Source: Camelus dromedarius
Taxonomy: Eukaryota
NCBI RefSeq assembly: GCF_036321535.1
Contig: NC_087437.1
Location: 44,394,001-44,458,000 of the forward strand
Length of the DNA: 64,000 nucleotides
Direction of reading: 5' to 3'
Shown here: piece by piece, positions 25,943 through 37,315 of the stretch
Layout: each line of letters begins with the position of its first letter
Position numbering within the stretch: the first letter of the stretch is position 1
Notes under the pieces: generated by a model
Database searches by the model: none
Seen by the model: only the letters and a program-made list of their open reading frames with translations
Told to the model about the DNA's origin: nothing
Made by a program: the position numbers and the translations under genes

Positions 25943-27640
25943 TTTTCTCTTTTTTAATTGAAATATAGTTGATTTACAATATTGTGTTAGTTTCAGGCAT
26001 ACAAGAAAATGATTCAGATATATATATATATGTATGTATGCATCTATGTTATTTTAAAATTCTTTTTCATTATTATTATAGGATATTGACTATTGTTCCC
26101 TGTGCTGTACAGTAGGTCCTTGTTGTTTATGTTTTGTATGTGGTAGTGTGCATCTCTTTATCCCATACTCCTAATTTATTCCTCCCTCTGCTCCCCTTTC
26201 ATAACCATAAGTTTGGTTACTATATCTGTGAGGCTATTTCTGTTTTGTAAATAAGTTCATTTGTACTATTTTTTTACATTCCACATATAAGTGAAATTAT
26301 ACAATATTTGTCTTTGTCTGACTTACTTCACTTAGGATGATAATCTTTAGGTCCATCCATGTTGCTGCAAATGGCATTATTTCATTCTTTGTTATGGCTG
26401 AGTAGTATGGTATGTATACCACATCTTTTTTTATCCATTTATGTGTTGATAGACACTTAGGTTGCTTCTATGTCTTGGCTATTGTAAATAGTGCTGTTGT
26501 GAGCATTGGGATGCACGTATCTTTTCAAATTAGAGTTGTCTTTTCTGGATATATGCCCAGGAGTGGGATTGCTGGATCATATGGTAGCTCTGTTTTTAGT
26601 TTTTTAAGGAACCTCTCCATACTGTTCTCTATAGTGGCTGCACCAATTTATATTCCCACCAACAGTGTAGGAGTGTTTCCATTTCTCCACACCCTCTCTA
26701 GCATTTATTATTTATAGACTTTTCAATGATGGTCATTCTGACTGCTGTGAGGTGACTCCTGATTGTAGTTTTGACTTGCATTTCTCCAATATTTAGCGAT
26801 GTTGAACATCTTTTCATATATCTGTTGGCCATCTGTAAATAGTCTTTGGAGAAATGTTTGTTTAGGTTTTCTACCCATTTTTTGATTGGTTTGGTTTTTT
26901 GTTACTGAGTTGTGTGAGCTGTTTGTATATTTTGGAAATTAATCCCTTGTTGGTCACATCATTTTCAAATACTTTCTCCCAGTCAGTAGGTTGTTGTTTC
27001 ATTTTGTATATAATTTCCTTTGCTCTACAAGAGCTTTTAAGTTTGATTAGATCCTGTTTGTTTATTTTTGCTTTTGTTTTTATTGCCGCAGAAGATTAAG
27101 AAAACATTGCTACAGTTTATGTCAGAGAATGTTTTGCCTATGTTCTCATAAAACTTCTAGGAGTTCTATAGTATCATTTTTTGTATTAAAGTCTTTAAGC
27201 CATTTTGAGTTTATTTTTGTATATGATGTGGGGGGTGTTCTAATAACTTCACTGATTTACATTCAGCTGTCACTGAAATATGACTTGCTGAAGAGACTGT
27301 TTTTCCCTCCAATGTATATTCTTATCTCCTTTGTCAAAGATTGACCATAAGTGTGTTGTGGGTTTATTCTGGGCTCTCTATTCTGTTCCATTGATCTCTA
27401 TGTCTGTTTTTGTGCAAATACCATGCTGTTTTGATTACTGCAGCTTTATAGTATTATCTGATGTCTGGAAGGATTATGCCTCTAGCTTTGTACTTTTTCA
27501 CCAAGATTGTTTTGACAATTCTGGATCTTTTGTGTTTCCGTATAAATTTTGGAATTATTTGTTTTAGTTCTATGAAAAATGTCCTGGTAATTTGATAGTA
27601 AATCTTTAGATTGCTTTGGGTACTATGGCCATTTTAACAC
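25943..27640 (-). mobile_element. L1, 5'-truncated (~1.7 kb of ORF2 C-terminal region and 3'UTR)
   Basis: Continuous antisense L1 sequence, e.g. 'gcccaggagtgggattgctggatcatatggtagc', 'ccatgctgttttgattactg'. Confidence 0.92.
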
Positions 27641-28939
27641 ACTCCTAGCAAGGCTGTGAGAAAACTTATACTCAAAATAAATTTTAAACTCTAGGTATCT
27701 AATAGTTTTCCTAATTAGAGAACTTAAATTATATATAAATGGAAGAAGTGAAGTTCTTTTAAAATAATTTTTTACATGAAAATTATATTTTCCTATTTCT
27801 ACATATCACTTCTTAAACCTGATAACTTTTACCTGTCATGAAAATCTGTTCACAAATGTACAATATTTCCTGTCATATTAGCCCCCTCCAAATTTTAACT
27901 GAAGCATAAAATTCGATACATTAGTTATGTATAAGTAAATATACAAATCATACTATGAAGTGTTTTTGCATATACATAGGATTTATATATTCATATAATT
28001 CTATAACATAGTCAATAACTTCTCCATATCCTTGAGCTCTTTCTTCACTTTGCCTTGATGTGACGATGTTGGAGGAGGGTTTTTTGACAAATAGGATGAA
28101 AGAGAACACAATTAAACAAAAGGACTTCACATTCTCTGAACTGAAACTTTTGGTGGTACTGATAGGAGACTTGCCTGTAACCTAGAGTCATTTCCCATGT
28201 TTTAAAATTTAAGGGCAAGGGGTTTTTCCCCCTAAACTGGAGGGATTTTCATGAGCACCATCCTTTTTTATGTAAAAGAAATACCGTGAGCATTAGTAAT
28301 TAGGTAGTATCCAGGTGTAAACCTCAGGCAAACCCATTTATGCATCTTAAAAATAGAATCTATTTGTTTTATCCTTGGAAGTTCAGAATTGAGATTAACT
28401 GTCCCTCAGTGCGTATTTACATCTGGCCAGTCCAAACGTACATTTGAAGAGCACTTTCAGCAAATAGTTTTGGTTAAGCATTATGTTAGATGCAGTACAG
28501 TCATTTTGCCTTTGAAAAGGGGATTGTGTTAGCCAGCGGGACAGCCTAACATGTTTTTATAAATCTGGATGAAAGTGGAGGTTCCTGCTGCCAAAAGAGC
28601 ATAGACCTTTCTTCGAGGCATCTATTGAATGACACTGAAGGTGGAATAGTTTGTTCCCAGCTCAAGTGTGGCTTTTCTCTGCGGGTTTATGCTTCATCTA
28701 GCAGGAGACACGTTGAACTGTAGTTAGACGTGTCTAAAGGTAGAAAAAGCAGGTTATATTGTCAACATCTTTCTGTCTAGCAGTCACATAGAACTCTTGC
28801 TGGACTGATCTGATACTGATCTCAGTCTTACAATTAAGTGTAAATCTGAGTTAAGTATTTCCTTTCTGGGGCTTTGCAGCCAAAAAAGAGAGAAAAAAGA
28901 AAAGAATGAAGGAAAAAAAAGAAGGAAATTGCTCCTTAC

Positions 28940-28989
28940 CGGAGTAACTCTTAAGCAAAACAGATTTGAACTGGCTAACACCTTCGCAA
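28940..28989 (-). other. Candidate 50-nt internal exon
   Basis: ctctttcag acceptor and CCG|gtaagg donor on the minus strand; open frame CEGVSQFKSVLLKSYS. Confidence 0.2.
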
Positions 28990-29229
28990 CTGAAAGAGTT
29001 TTGAATAGTTTCTCTTTCTGTGTGATAAAATTGTTCAATAGTCTTTTTTTAAAAAAACATTTTTAATGGAAAACCTATATTGCTCTTTCATGTCAACACT
29101 TCTAAAATCTCATAAGCTTGTACATTTGCTTTCTTGATTGATTTTTTCCAGGGACTTTCTACCTTTTGCCATCCATTGTCTGATACACTTACCTAAAACG
29201 TATTTTAAGATCAAATTATTAAATACAAA

Positions 29230-29750
29230 GCCATATTTTCTAATATAAAATTAGCATATGCTTATTGCCTAAAATGTAGAAATTACAAAATATAAGAAAC
29301 CTAATAATTCATAGTCCTTTAGCACAGATTAGCCACCCCCAAATTAACATTTTGAAGCATTTCCACTTACTCTTTCTCTATAAATCATGGGTATTTATAC
29401 ATAAGCGAGAGAGAGGATGTTAACACAATGAAATGCTAGTGAAAATTACTTTTTGTATGGTGTTACAGCTTTTTATAGATATCAAAATTCCGTATCATGT
29501 GATTCCATGATTTATCTAATTACCTCCCTATTTTTGGATATTTTTGTTTACTATGTTAATTACCACAATACTGTAATGAACATCTTTGTCTACTTTTCTT
29601 CATTTTTCAGAGATGCAATAGTTGGGTTAAGGGTATACATATTTTTATCACACTTGATGAATAAAGCCAAATTGTTCTCAAGATAGATTACATGAATTTT
29701 CAGTCACCTCCTAGTGTGTGAGGTTCCCAGTTCCACAAATTCTTTTTCAA
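29230..29750 (-). mobile_element. Ancient L1 (L1ME-like) remnant
   Basis: 'aatactgtaatgaacatctttgtc', 'gttgggttaagggtatacat', 'gccaaattgttctc'. Confidence 0.6.
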
Positions 29751-30144
29751 TAACTTCATAAGAGACATCCCCCTTGCCCCTAGTTTTGAGTCATTTGAGG
29801 TTTCAAAAGTTGCGAAGTTTATTCTTACGACATTCTTGGAAGGGTGATGTTGTGTTCTTGTATTTTATTTTAAATATTTATTTCCAAAATAGCGTGTCTT
29901 TGTGCTTTATCTTCTGGTGACTTGTAGTCCTTCCTGCTTACCATCTTGGGCCTTTTTGCTCTCTTTGGAGGAGTTCTTTTACATACTAGGAAGAAAATGC
30001 CACACAATGGTATTTATTTTTAACATATCCTTATTGACCTCTTCCATTTTTCTCACACTGTAAATACAAGTCTTGGAGTGGTGTGGGGTGTGTATTGCTG
30101 GTGCGTCTTGATAGCACACTTTACCCCTATTTAAAATTTCCTGC

Positions 30145-30318
30145 TATGCTAGATTGTAATATTCTTTTTACGTATGTTATATAAATAATGTTGGAAAGCT
30201 CTCAAGGGCAAGGGTTGTGTGCCTTATTTACTATTATAATAAGTTTCATCTTCTTGCACAGTGGCGTGCCCATGGTCTGCATCATACTGGATGAATGAAT
30301 GACTGAATGAATGAATAT
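30145..30318 (+). mobile_element. L2 3' terminus
   Basis: 'aagctctcaagggcaaggg' and (TGAA)n tail. Confidence 0.65.
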
Positions 30319-30329
30319 TGAGTAAGGGG

Positions 30330-30850
30330 CACCCCACGCAGGCACGAGTCAGCAGTTACAAATGGCCCTGTGTCTCTCCTAGGCTTCCACTTTATTCTCA
30401 GTTGCTCTGTAGCTCACTAGCTTTTAGCTTTACTCTCCAGGAATCGTATTTCCTAGTTCTCTGGCCAAGGTGACTGGTTGACTCACTGCTTTTGATTATA
30501 GTCTCAATCTCTTTCTCTATGTGGGGGGAAAAACAAATCCCTTTCTCCCTTAGTGCAGCTGAGTCAAGGTTGCTATTCCCAGAAGACTGGGGAGGCGGGG
30601 GAGATAGCACAGGCTAAGTCAGAAGTGAATATGTAAACACGGAAGTGGGTGAGCTTTTGTACCTCTCGCTCTGAAGTCCAGCTGCACGCTGGCTTACAGG
30701 CCATGACTCTGTCCCATTTGAAGGCTCTCCGTTCCTTCTCCCACCCTCCCCAACCCCTATTATCACCAATTTGAAACTAGATACAATAAGCTGGTTTTAA
30801 TTTTGTTTAAGCTTAGCTTCTTCCTTTATGATTTTAAATGACTCAGTGGG
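30330..30850. promoter_or_regulatory. Candidate enhancer (AP-1/FOX/ETS motif cluster)
   Basis: TGACTCA 30479 and 30839, TGAGTCA 30560, TGTAAACA-CGGAAGTG 30632-30647, GC-box-like run ~30590. Confidence 0.35.
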
Positions 30851-31159
30851 CTTCTAATGTTTGAAAAGGTTATGCCCTTCGTGTGCCACAAGCATGCACC
30901 TAATTTTAGCCTGAGGAATGCTGCTAGTTCCCAACTCAGTTTTAGAACCATGATGATTGACAAATCATAAGTCAATTGGATGAAATCTTTTCTAAGTTAA
31001 GCAATTTCTCTTTTAACTTTAGCAATCCCATTCTCCCTTCAAGTGAGAAGTGAAGAACTTAATATAACTGGAACACCAACAGTCAAGTATACAACAACTG
31101 GAATATTATTATCCTATAATTTATGAGATGAGGAAATTCTTTCTATAACTTACAAGAGG

Positions 31160-31841
31160 AGACTAAAAGGGAGCCCACTGCCTAAAACTGCTTATTCCAA
31201 ATCAGATACCCAAAATACCGTCATAGATGTGTCATGATTATCCCCAGTGTCAGCTTTTGAAGCCTGGATTCCATCTCTTTCTTCCCTACTTCCTCCAAGC
31301 AGTGATGGGAATGTCCACCCTCCAAGCGTTGGAGGCCAGGGCCAGGTGTTAAACTTAACCCACATTCAGTGAGTTAAGTCTAATGACTCTGCCTTAGTGC
31401 CTTCCATTGTATTTCCTCCTTCTGTTCTCCTCTGTTCCCATCATAATCCAGGCCCTCAGCATTTCTTATCCAGATTACTAAAGAAAACCTCTTTCCTTCA
31501 AACTTACCTCTGCATAGTTCCTTTCTAAAGTACAAACTGGGTGGTCACTCTGAAATGTGTCAGTTGCCTTTACAAGTGCAAGTTAAAAATTAAGACTACA
31601 GAACATGACTTCTTCAACGTGATTCTGACAGACCCCCTGATCCCTTCTCAAGTCACATCATCTTAGAAGTTTGGCCTCAACTCTTTTATTGGCTTTTGAT
31701 AGCTTTCTTCATGGTCTTCCTCAGGCTAACTTCTGCTAATGTTTTTAAACAAAGCACGGACATCACCTCCAGGAAAACCCTTCTCAGACTTCTCATTCAC
31801 CCCCAGTCAGAATTAGGTGAACTCCTCCCTGGCTCTCATAA

Positions 31842-31888
<47 letters not shown>

Positions 31889-32060
31889 CTTTCGAGTAAC
31901 GCGGTGTTGTGATTGCTTTTTGAATGTCTAGGATACAAACTCCCTGCGGGCAAGGATTTCATCTTTAATCTGCAGCGCTCTAGTGCCTGTTTCCCCTCCA
32001 CCCCACATAGATGTGCTCCTTAGCAGCATTTGTTGAAAACAACTACAGAAATGGATGACT
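31160..32060 (+). mobile_element. L2 3' region
   Basis: 'catcacctccaggaaaacccttctcagac', 'aactccctgcgggcaaggatttcatc', 'catttgttgaa'. Confidence 0.65.
31844..31883. repeat. (GT)20 microsatellite
   Basis: Read directly from sequence. Confidence 0.95.
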
Positions 32061-32339
32061 GGCTGAGGAGGACCATGGCAGAACTGATGAAAGTAACCGT
32101 TAGTTTCACATCGTCGTATATAAGGTGTATTGTAGCATATATATTGGAAATACGGTACCCAGTTTACCAGTGATTTGAAGATTCCATTCCTTTGACAAAC
32201 AAATCAAACAAATGTAAACTAGAAGAGAACTTTTCTAGCCAAAGTGAGTGAAAGACTATATCTAAAATCAAAAGAAACCTGAAACTAAAAATGAGAAATA
32301 AGAGGTAAAACCGTTTCGCTGTCACTCCTCTATGAAAAC

Positions 32340-32709
32340 TGTTTTTCACAATTTATTGATCTAGTAGACTTTTATTTAGCAATTCATGAAGCAGGCAGCG
32401 TCCATATTAGCAGATAGAAAGGAGCTCCGAAGAGCTACACAAGGCGAGAGGTTTTTATAGGTCAAAGTGAGCAGAACAAGGAAGTTATACTAGGCATTTG
32501 CTGATTGGTTGAAGCAGGGTTACCTTCCTTACATGGAGCAAAGGGAAATCTTGGAGCTGGGCCAAATAACATGTGCTGAAGAGGTGGGTCATCCAGGCCT
32601 GTTTTTTTCCTACAAAATCCAAGCATAGAAGCTTTGTTAAATTTTGGTTTGCTGATGTTGAGTTTAGCATAAGTGACTCCATCCTGGGCCTCATCTGGTT
32701 ACTTTAACA
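32340..32709 (-). mobile_element. ERV1-class solo LTR (family not assigned)
   Basis: Reverse complement starts 'tgttaaagtaaacc...ggatggagtcacttatgct' and carries CCAAT, TATAAAA and AATAAA in LTR order. Confidence 0.7.
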
Positions 32710-32988
32710 GAACATATACATTTTAACTTTTATCAGCCACCTTCCTCCATCAGGAACTAAAATATGTCCCAAACATTTAATGATTTAGTTTAATAAGTAT
32801 TATTTTTCCTATGCTAAATAGTGTTAAAATGTCATATTGCTTCTTTTTCTAATATTATAATCCTTCAACATATCAATTACCATGGAGTAATTTAACTTTT
32901 TTTTGGCTTCAGATTCTACATACAGAAAACAATAAAACATTTTAACAAAGTTGGAAAGTAAATCTAAATAATGTCAGACATTAAATTC

Positions 32989-33107
32989 TTATTTATTTAT
33001 TTATTGAAGTACAGTCAGTTACAATGTGTCAATTTCTGGTATACAGCATAATGTTTCAATCATATATGTACATACATACATTTGTTTTCATATTCATTTT
33101 CATTACA
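32989..33107 (-). mobile_element. Very short (119 bp) L1 3' end insertion
   Basis: (TTTA)n tail and L1 terminus; TSD cagacattaaattc (32975-32988) / caggcattaaattc (33108-33121). Confidence 0.9.
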
Positions 33108-33454
33108 CAGGCATTAAATTCGTCAGTGTTTCTCTACAGAGCTCCACTTAGTTTTTCCAATTCTTTTTTAAATAACCATATTCTTTTCACTTTGTTCTCT
33201 AATTTCCTCTTGTATGCTTCCTACCATCTGTTGTGTGCTTTTTTTTCACGTAAGCATCATTTCTTTGCCTAGCTAGCTAGTTGTTCAATTGAAGGTACTT
33301 ATTTTAAAAAAAACATATTTGCAAAAGTATTTCTAAAGAGAATGGCAGAGAGGAAGATTTAGAGGACGTGGGGGATAAATAGAAAGACTTAACTATCTGC
33401 TCTTCCTCAGAAAGGATGTACTTAACCTTGTCAGTGTATTTTTTCACCTTATTT

Positions 33455-33680
33455 CTTGTATGTTACTTAACATGTTTTAAACACCTACAAATACTAGCTT
33501 ATTTTATCTGCACAACTGTCCTAAGAGTAGCAGTACTGACACTGTTATTTCCTTTTTTTGGTAAGAAAACTGAGGCACAGAACGTTATTGTAGCTTACCC
33601 AATATTTGGAGCTGAGGATTTGCACATGATCATTCTGGTTCCACATCCATACTTTTACTCACTGCATTATGGTGCATCCT
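33455..33680 (-). mobile_element. MIR SINE
   Basis: Core 'gtaagaaaactgaggcacaga', 'ggagctgaggatttgcac'. Confidence 0.75.
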
Positions 33681-33939
33681 CTGAAAGCTGAATTCCCATA
33701 AGGAAGTGAGGTTTGCAGCCAACTAGCTTCTTTGCCAGGTTGGGGTTGTCCTCTCAGACTCTGGCTTCATTTCCAAGTGATGGTGGTGTCTGACCAAGGC
33801 AACCACGTTGGCCTTATTCAGCCCCTTCCTTCCTCCTTCTGGAAGGAGAGTTCTGTGTTATATAAGTCCTGATGTGTCTCTTTCCCATCCTCTTTGACCC
33901 ATGCATCTGAAGATGATGGGATGGGTTGAGGTATGCCAT

Positions 33940-34050
33940 GGCTGTTTAATGCTGGGTAGGAGAGTGAGTTGAGGAATGCCTGACATGCTTCATTAGAACA
34001 ATGAAGAATTGTCTCATCTAGCATGCCAGTAGCTTTCCCACTGATTCAAG
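33940..34050. mobile_element. hAT-Charlie MITE fragment (MER20/MER113-like)
   Basis: 'acaatgaagaattgtctcatctagcatgccagtagc' resembles the end of these elements. Confidence 0.4.
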
Positions 34051-36183
34051 GAAAAGTGATTTTAGCATGCATGGCTGACTCGACTCAGGGAGAGTAGAAA
34101 GAACCACCATTTGGGGAATGATGCTAGATGTCACTGACAGCAGAGTAGAGGGAGTAGAGCCACTGTCACATTCCCTAAATGAGTTCTGGTAACCCTTCTA
34201 ACATATTTAGAGATGGAGTAACCCAGCACAGTCACCTCCTTTTTACTGGTGTTAAACTTAGTAAATCTACACAGTTCTTTAAATATTCAGCTCCTGATTA
34301 AAAGAGGAAAGATGAGAAAATGACAAGAAAAAAATGAATGAAAAGGAGAGACTGGGTACACACTGTCACACACTGGTGGTAACACAAATATACATACACA
34401 CACATATATTATAATTATATGCATATTGTATTTATGTATACTATTTAGATTTACATATAATTACGTGGAGAAAAATTACATTGATAAATAGATTGAATGA
34501 TAGATGTTACAGAGCATCAGAGCTTTATATATGTCTGTGTGTGTATATATATATATATATATAAATTTCAGAAAATATCAGGGAAATATACATAGAAAAA
34601 ATATTAGAAAATAAATGAGCATGTGAAATAGTGAATGGGATGTACACAGGAGGGCACGGCAAAATGTGTGGGATAAATAAGAATGTGAGAGGAGAAAGGC
34701 AAACTTCTGAAATGATGGTACGTGGGACAAAAGCAATGAATAATGTATGATGAGGAGAGAAGACTGAGGAGACAGACAGAAATGAGGAAAAAAATAGGAG
34801 AAACCACAGAGACATTTTTTAAAAAATTAATACAATGATAAAAAAGAATAAGGTGAAAAATAAGAAAAAAGTTCAAAGGAATAGAACAATTTTTGGGAGG
34901 GCCACTGTTGTTAAAAAGTGTTGCATCTGAGACTGCGACAGTGTGTAGAACTGAAGTGCTCAATTACTAGTAATGCATTAGTGGCTGAATAACTAAACTA
35001 GTTGAGCAAGTCAATATTATGGCTGATTGAACACAGGTATTTGTATCAGACTGAGCCTTAATATTAACACTATTGTCAGAAACTATTGGAGGCATTGGAA
35101 GGTTGAGAATTGAGAACAGGTGAATCACACAGGTAGGTAAAGATTAAAATAGATCAGTTGAATTTTGATCTTACGGGATTATTTTACTAAATATGGAGGT
35201 TAATGCCAAATACCATATTACAAGGTGGCTTTAGTTTCCAAATATTTAGTGCTGGATTTTTGAAGTGGCTTAATTTATCTTTACCACACAACAATAGCTT
35301 TCCACATCTGTTTTTCAAGATTAAACATTCATAAGGCAAAACAGCCCATTTGTGTATTTTGGCAGGCAATTCAGGTGATTGCACATTAGGACATGTTACT
35401 AGGGGGCATCTTTCAGTCTAGTTGCATTTTTCAACATCTGTATCTCTAGTTGTTTATCTACACATTTCCTCTCTTCTGTTTTGCCTTGTTTGATTATTCC
35501 TTCATTTAATAATTTAATCGTGGGAGTTGGAGGCACGTTAAGCTGTATGAGACTTATCATATCTTCCCTTTATTGAATATTTAGTTTTAAGTGCTTACAA
35601 CTATCTGAAAAAAAGGGGGCTGCTCTACAGGGATTGAGAATTAAATGCACTGAGAAAGCAGTGCTATTTGGTCCTTCATTTGTTAAATGAAAGGATGGAC
35701 TTGGCACCAGAAGAAAAGGAAACTGCTACCAAATATATACTTGAAATCACAGAATCAATGACTTAAGGAAAAGATTTACTTAAGGGAATATAGACAGAGC
35801 GAGGACACTAAAACTCTTATTGGAAAGAAATATAAAGTGCTCCAGAAGCTAAATGAAGGGAAAGGAAGCAAAAATAGATGACATATCTCTTGAGAAACAA
35901 AATGTCCACTGTTTGTTTTGTTGGTTCTTTGTCTTCCATCTGACTGTTTTTTAGGGAATCACAAGTATCCCATCCATCCTTACTGCTAGTAAAACTAATC
36001 TCCTTATCTTCCCAATGCTGATTTCTTTCTGTCCCAGTCTGCTTGTATTTTTGCTATTAAGGGTGCAAAATGCAAACAGGTTGTTCCACCAATTTGGGTA
36101 TGTTATTTCTTTAAAAGTCTAGGTGAAGGCTTCTCTTCCATCTAAACCTCCCTTGTTTTTCTAGCACCCCTGCCATTGGATCT

Positions 36184-36740
36184 ATTAGGAGCAGGGGAGG
36201 AAAAATTTCCTTTTTCCTCTATGCATTTTAGGTTTGCTGGCCGGGGCCCTGCAAATCAGACCAAGAAAAGACAGGTGAATCAAAGAAGAGGAAACAAAGT
36301 TTATTAACACTTGCCTCATGCTTACTAGTGGGAGTACACAGTTAGTGATTCAACAGGGTGGATGGAATTTAAGCTTATACAGCATCTTAATAGAAGGACA
36401 GTAATTTTGTGGTGAAGTGACAAGACAGAAAGGAGAAGAGTTTTGAGTAGGGTGGGGCAAATTGTGGGAAGGAAAATATATGGGGACACTAAGGGTAGAA
36501 AAGGGCTAGTTTTAGCAAGGTCTGTTATGTAGATGTTTCTAGTGCCAGTCTCTGGGCTGACAGACTTACCTCCAGTTGATTAACTTCTTTCTGGTAGAGG
36601 AAGACGGACACCTTTACAAGTCTGTATTACTGCTTTTAGGCACAGGGGGAGGGCAAAGAGCTTTTCTTGAATCTGCTGCTTCTTAGTTGCCTTCTGCTCA
36701 AAATAATCCTTATGCCAAGTGACATATTCTGTTCCCTTTC
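36184..36740 (-). mobile_element. ERV1 solo LTR, MER34 family
   Basis: Reverse complement starts 'tgaaagggaacagaatatgtcacttggcataaggattattttgagcagaaggcaac', typical of MER34. Confidence 0.85.
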
Positions 36741-37315
36741 ACGGGCATTTGAAAATTTATACTGTAGTAGCACACACAAGCTTCTGTCTTCATTGAGTGT
36801 GCTGCATTTTGTACTTTCATTCAAAACATGATTTGCCTCTAAGGTGTTTTTTTTTTTTAATTCTCTCTGTACTTTGTAGACACCACTGCCCCTATCATTG
36901 GCCCTTGCTGATTAGTCAATGTACACATAATGAATCAACTCTGTTATGAAGTGGAATTCCAACAGCCAATTAGTGACTTGACTAAAATTAACATGACTGT
37001 AATTTTTTTTATATCCTAAACATGTAACTTGTATTGAATTCTCCCAATAATGCATTTTTCCACTAGACACACAATCTTCCTTATTGCTAGATTTTAAAAC
37101 TCAATTTAGATAAAGAGGAAGTAAATTAACATGGAAAATGGGGAAGTGTCTTAATATCAGAACAAGTTTAATAGGTCATGTTATCTGAAGAACAACTCTG
37201 AATCATTTTTGCTTCTGGAATAAATTTTTCTTTGAGGATGGTGAGCATCAGTCCAGGCTTAGAACAGGCTAGGCTGCATTTTAGATTGCTTTACCTACTA
37301 AGTAATAGACAACTT

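Noticed and set aside
26412..27567. Hydrophobic + strand ORFs (also 38710-41013 and 44124-44840)
   Set aside because: Antisense translations of L1 sequence
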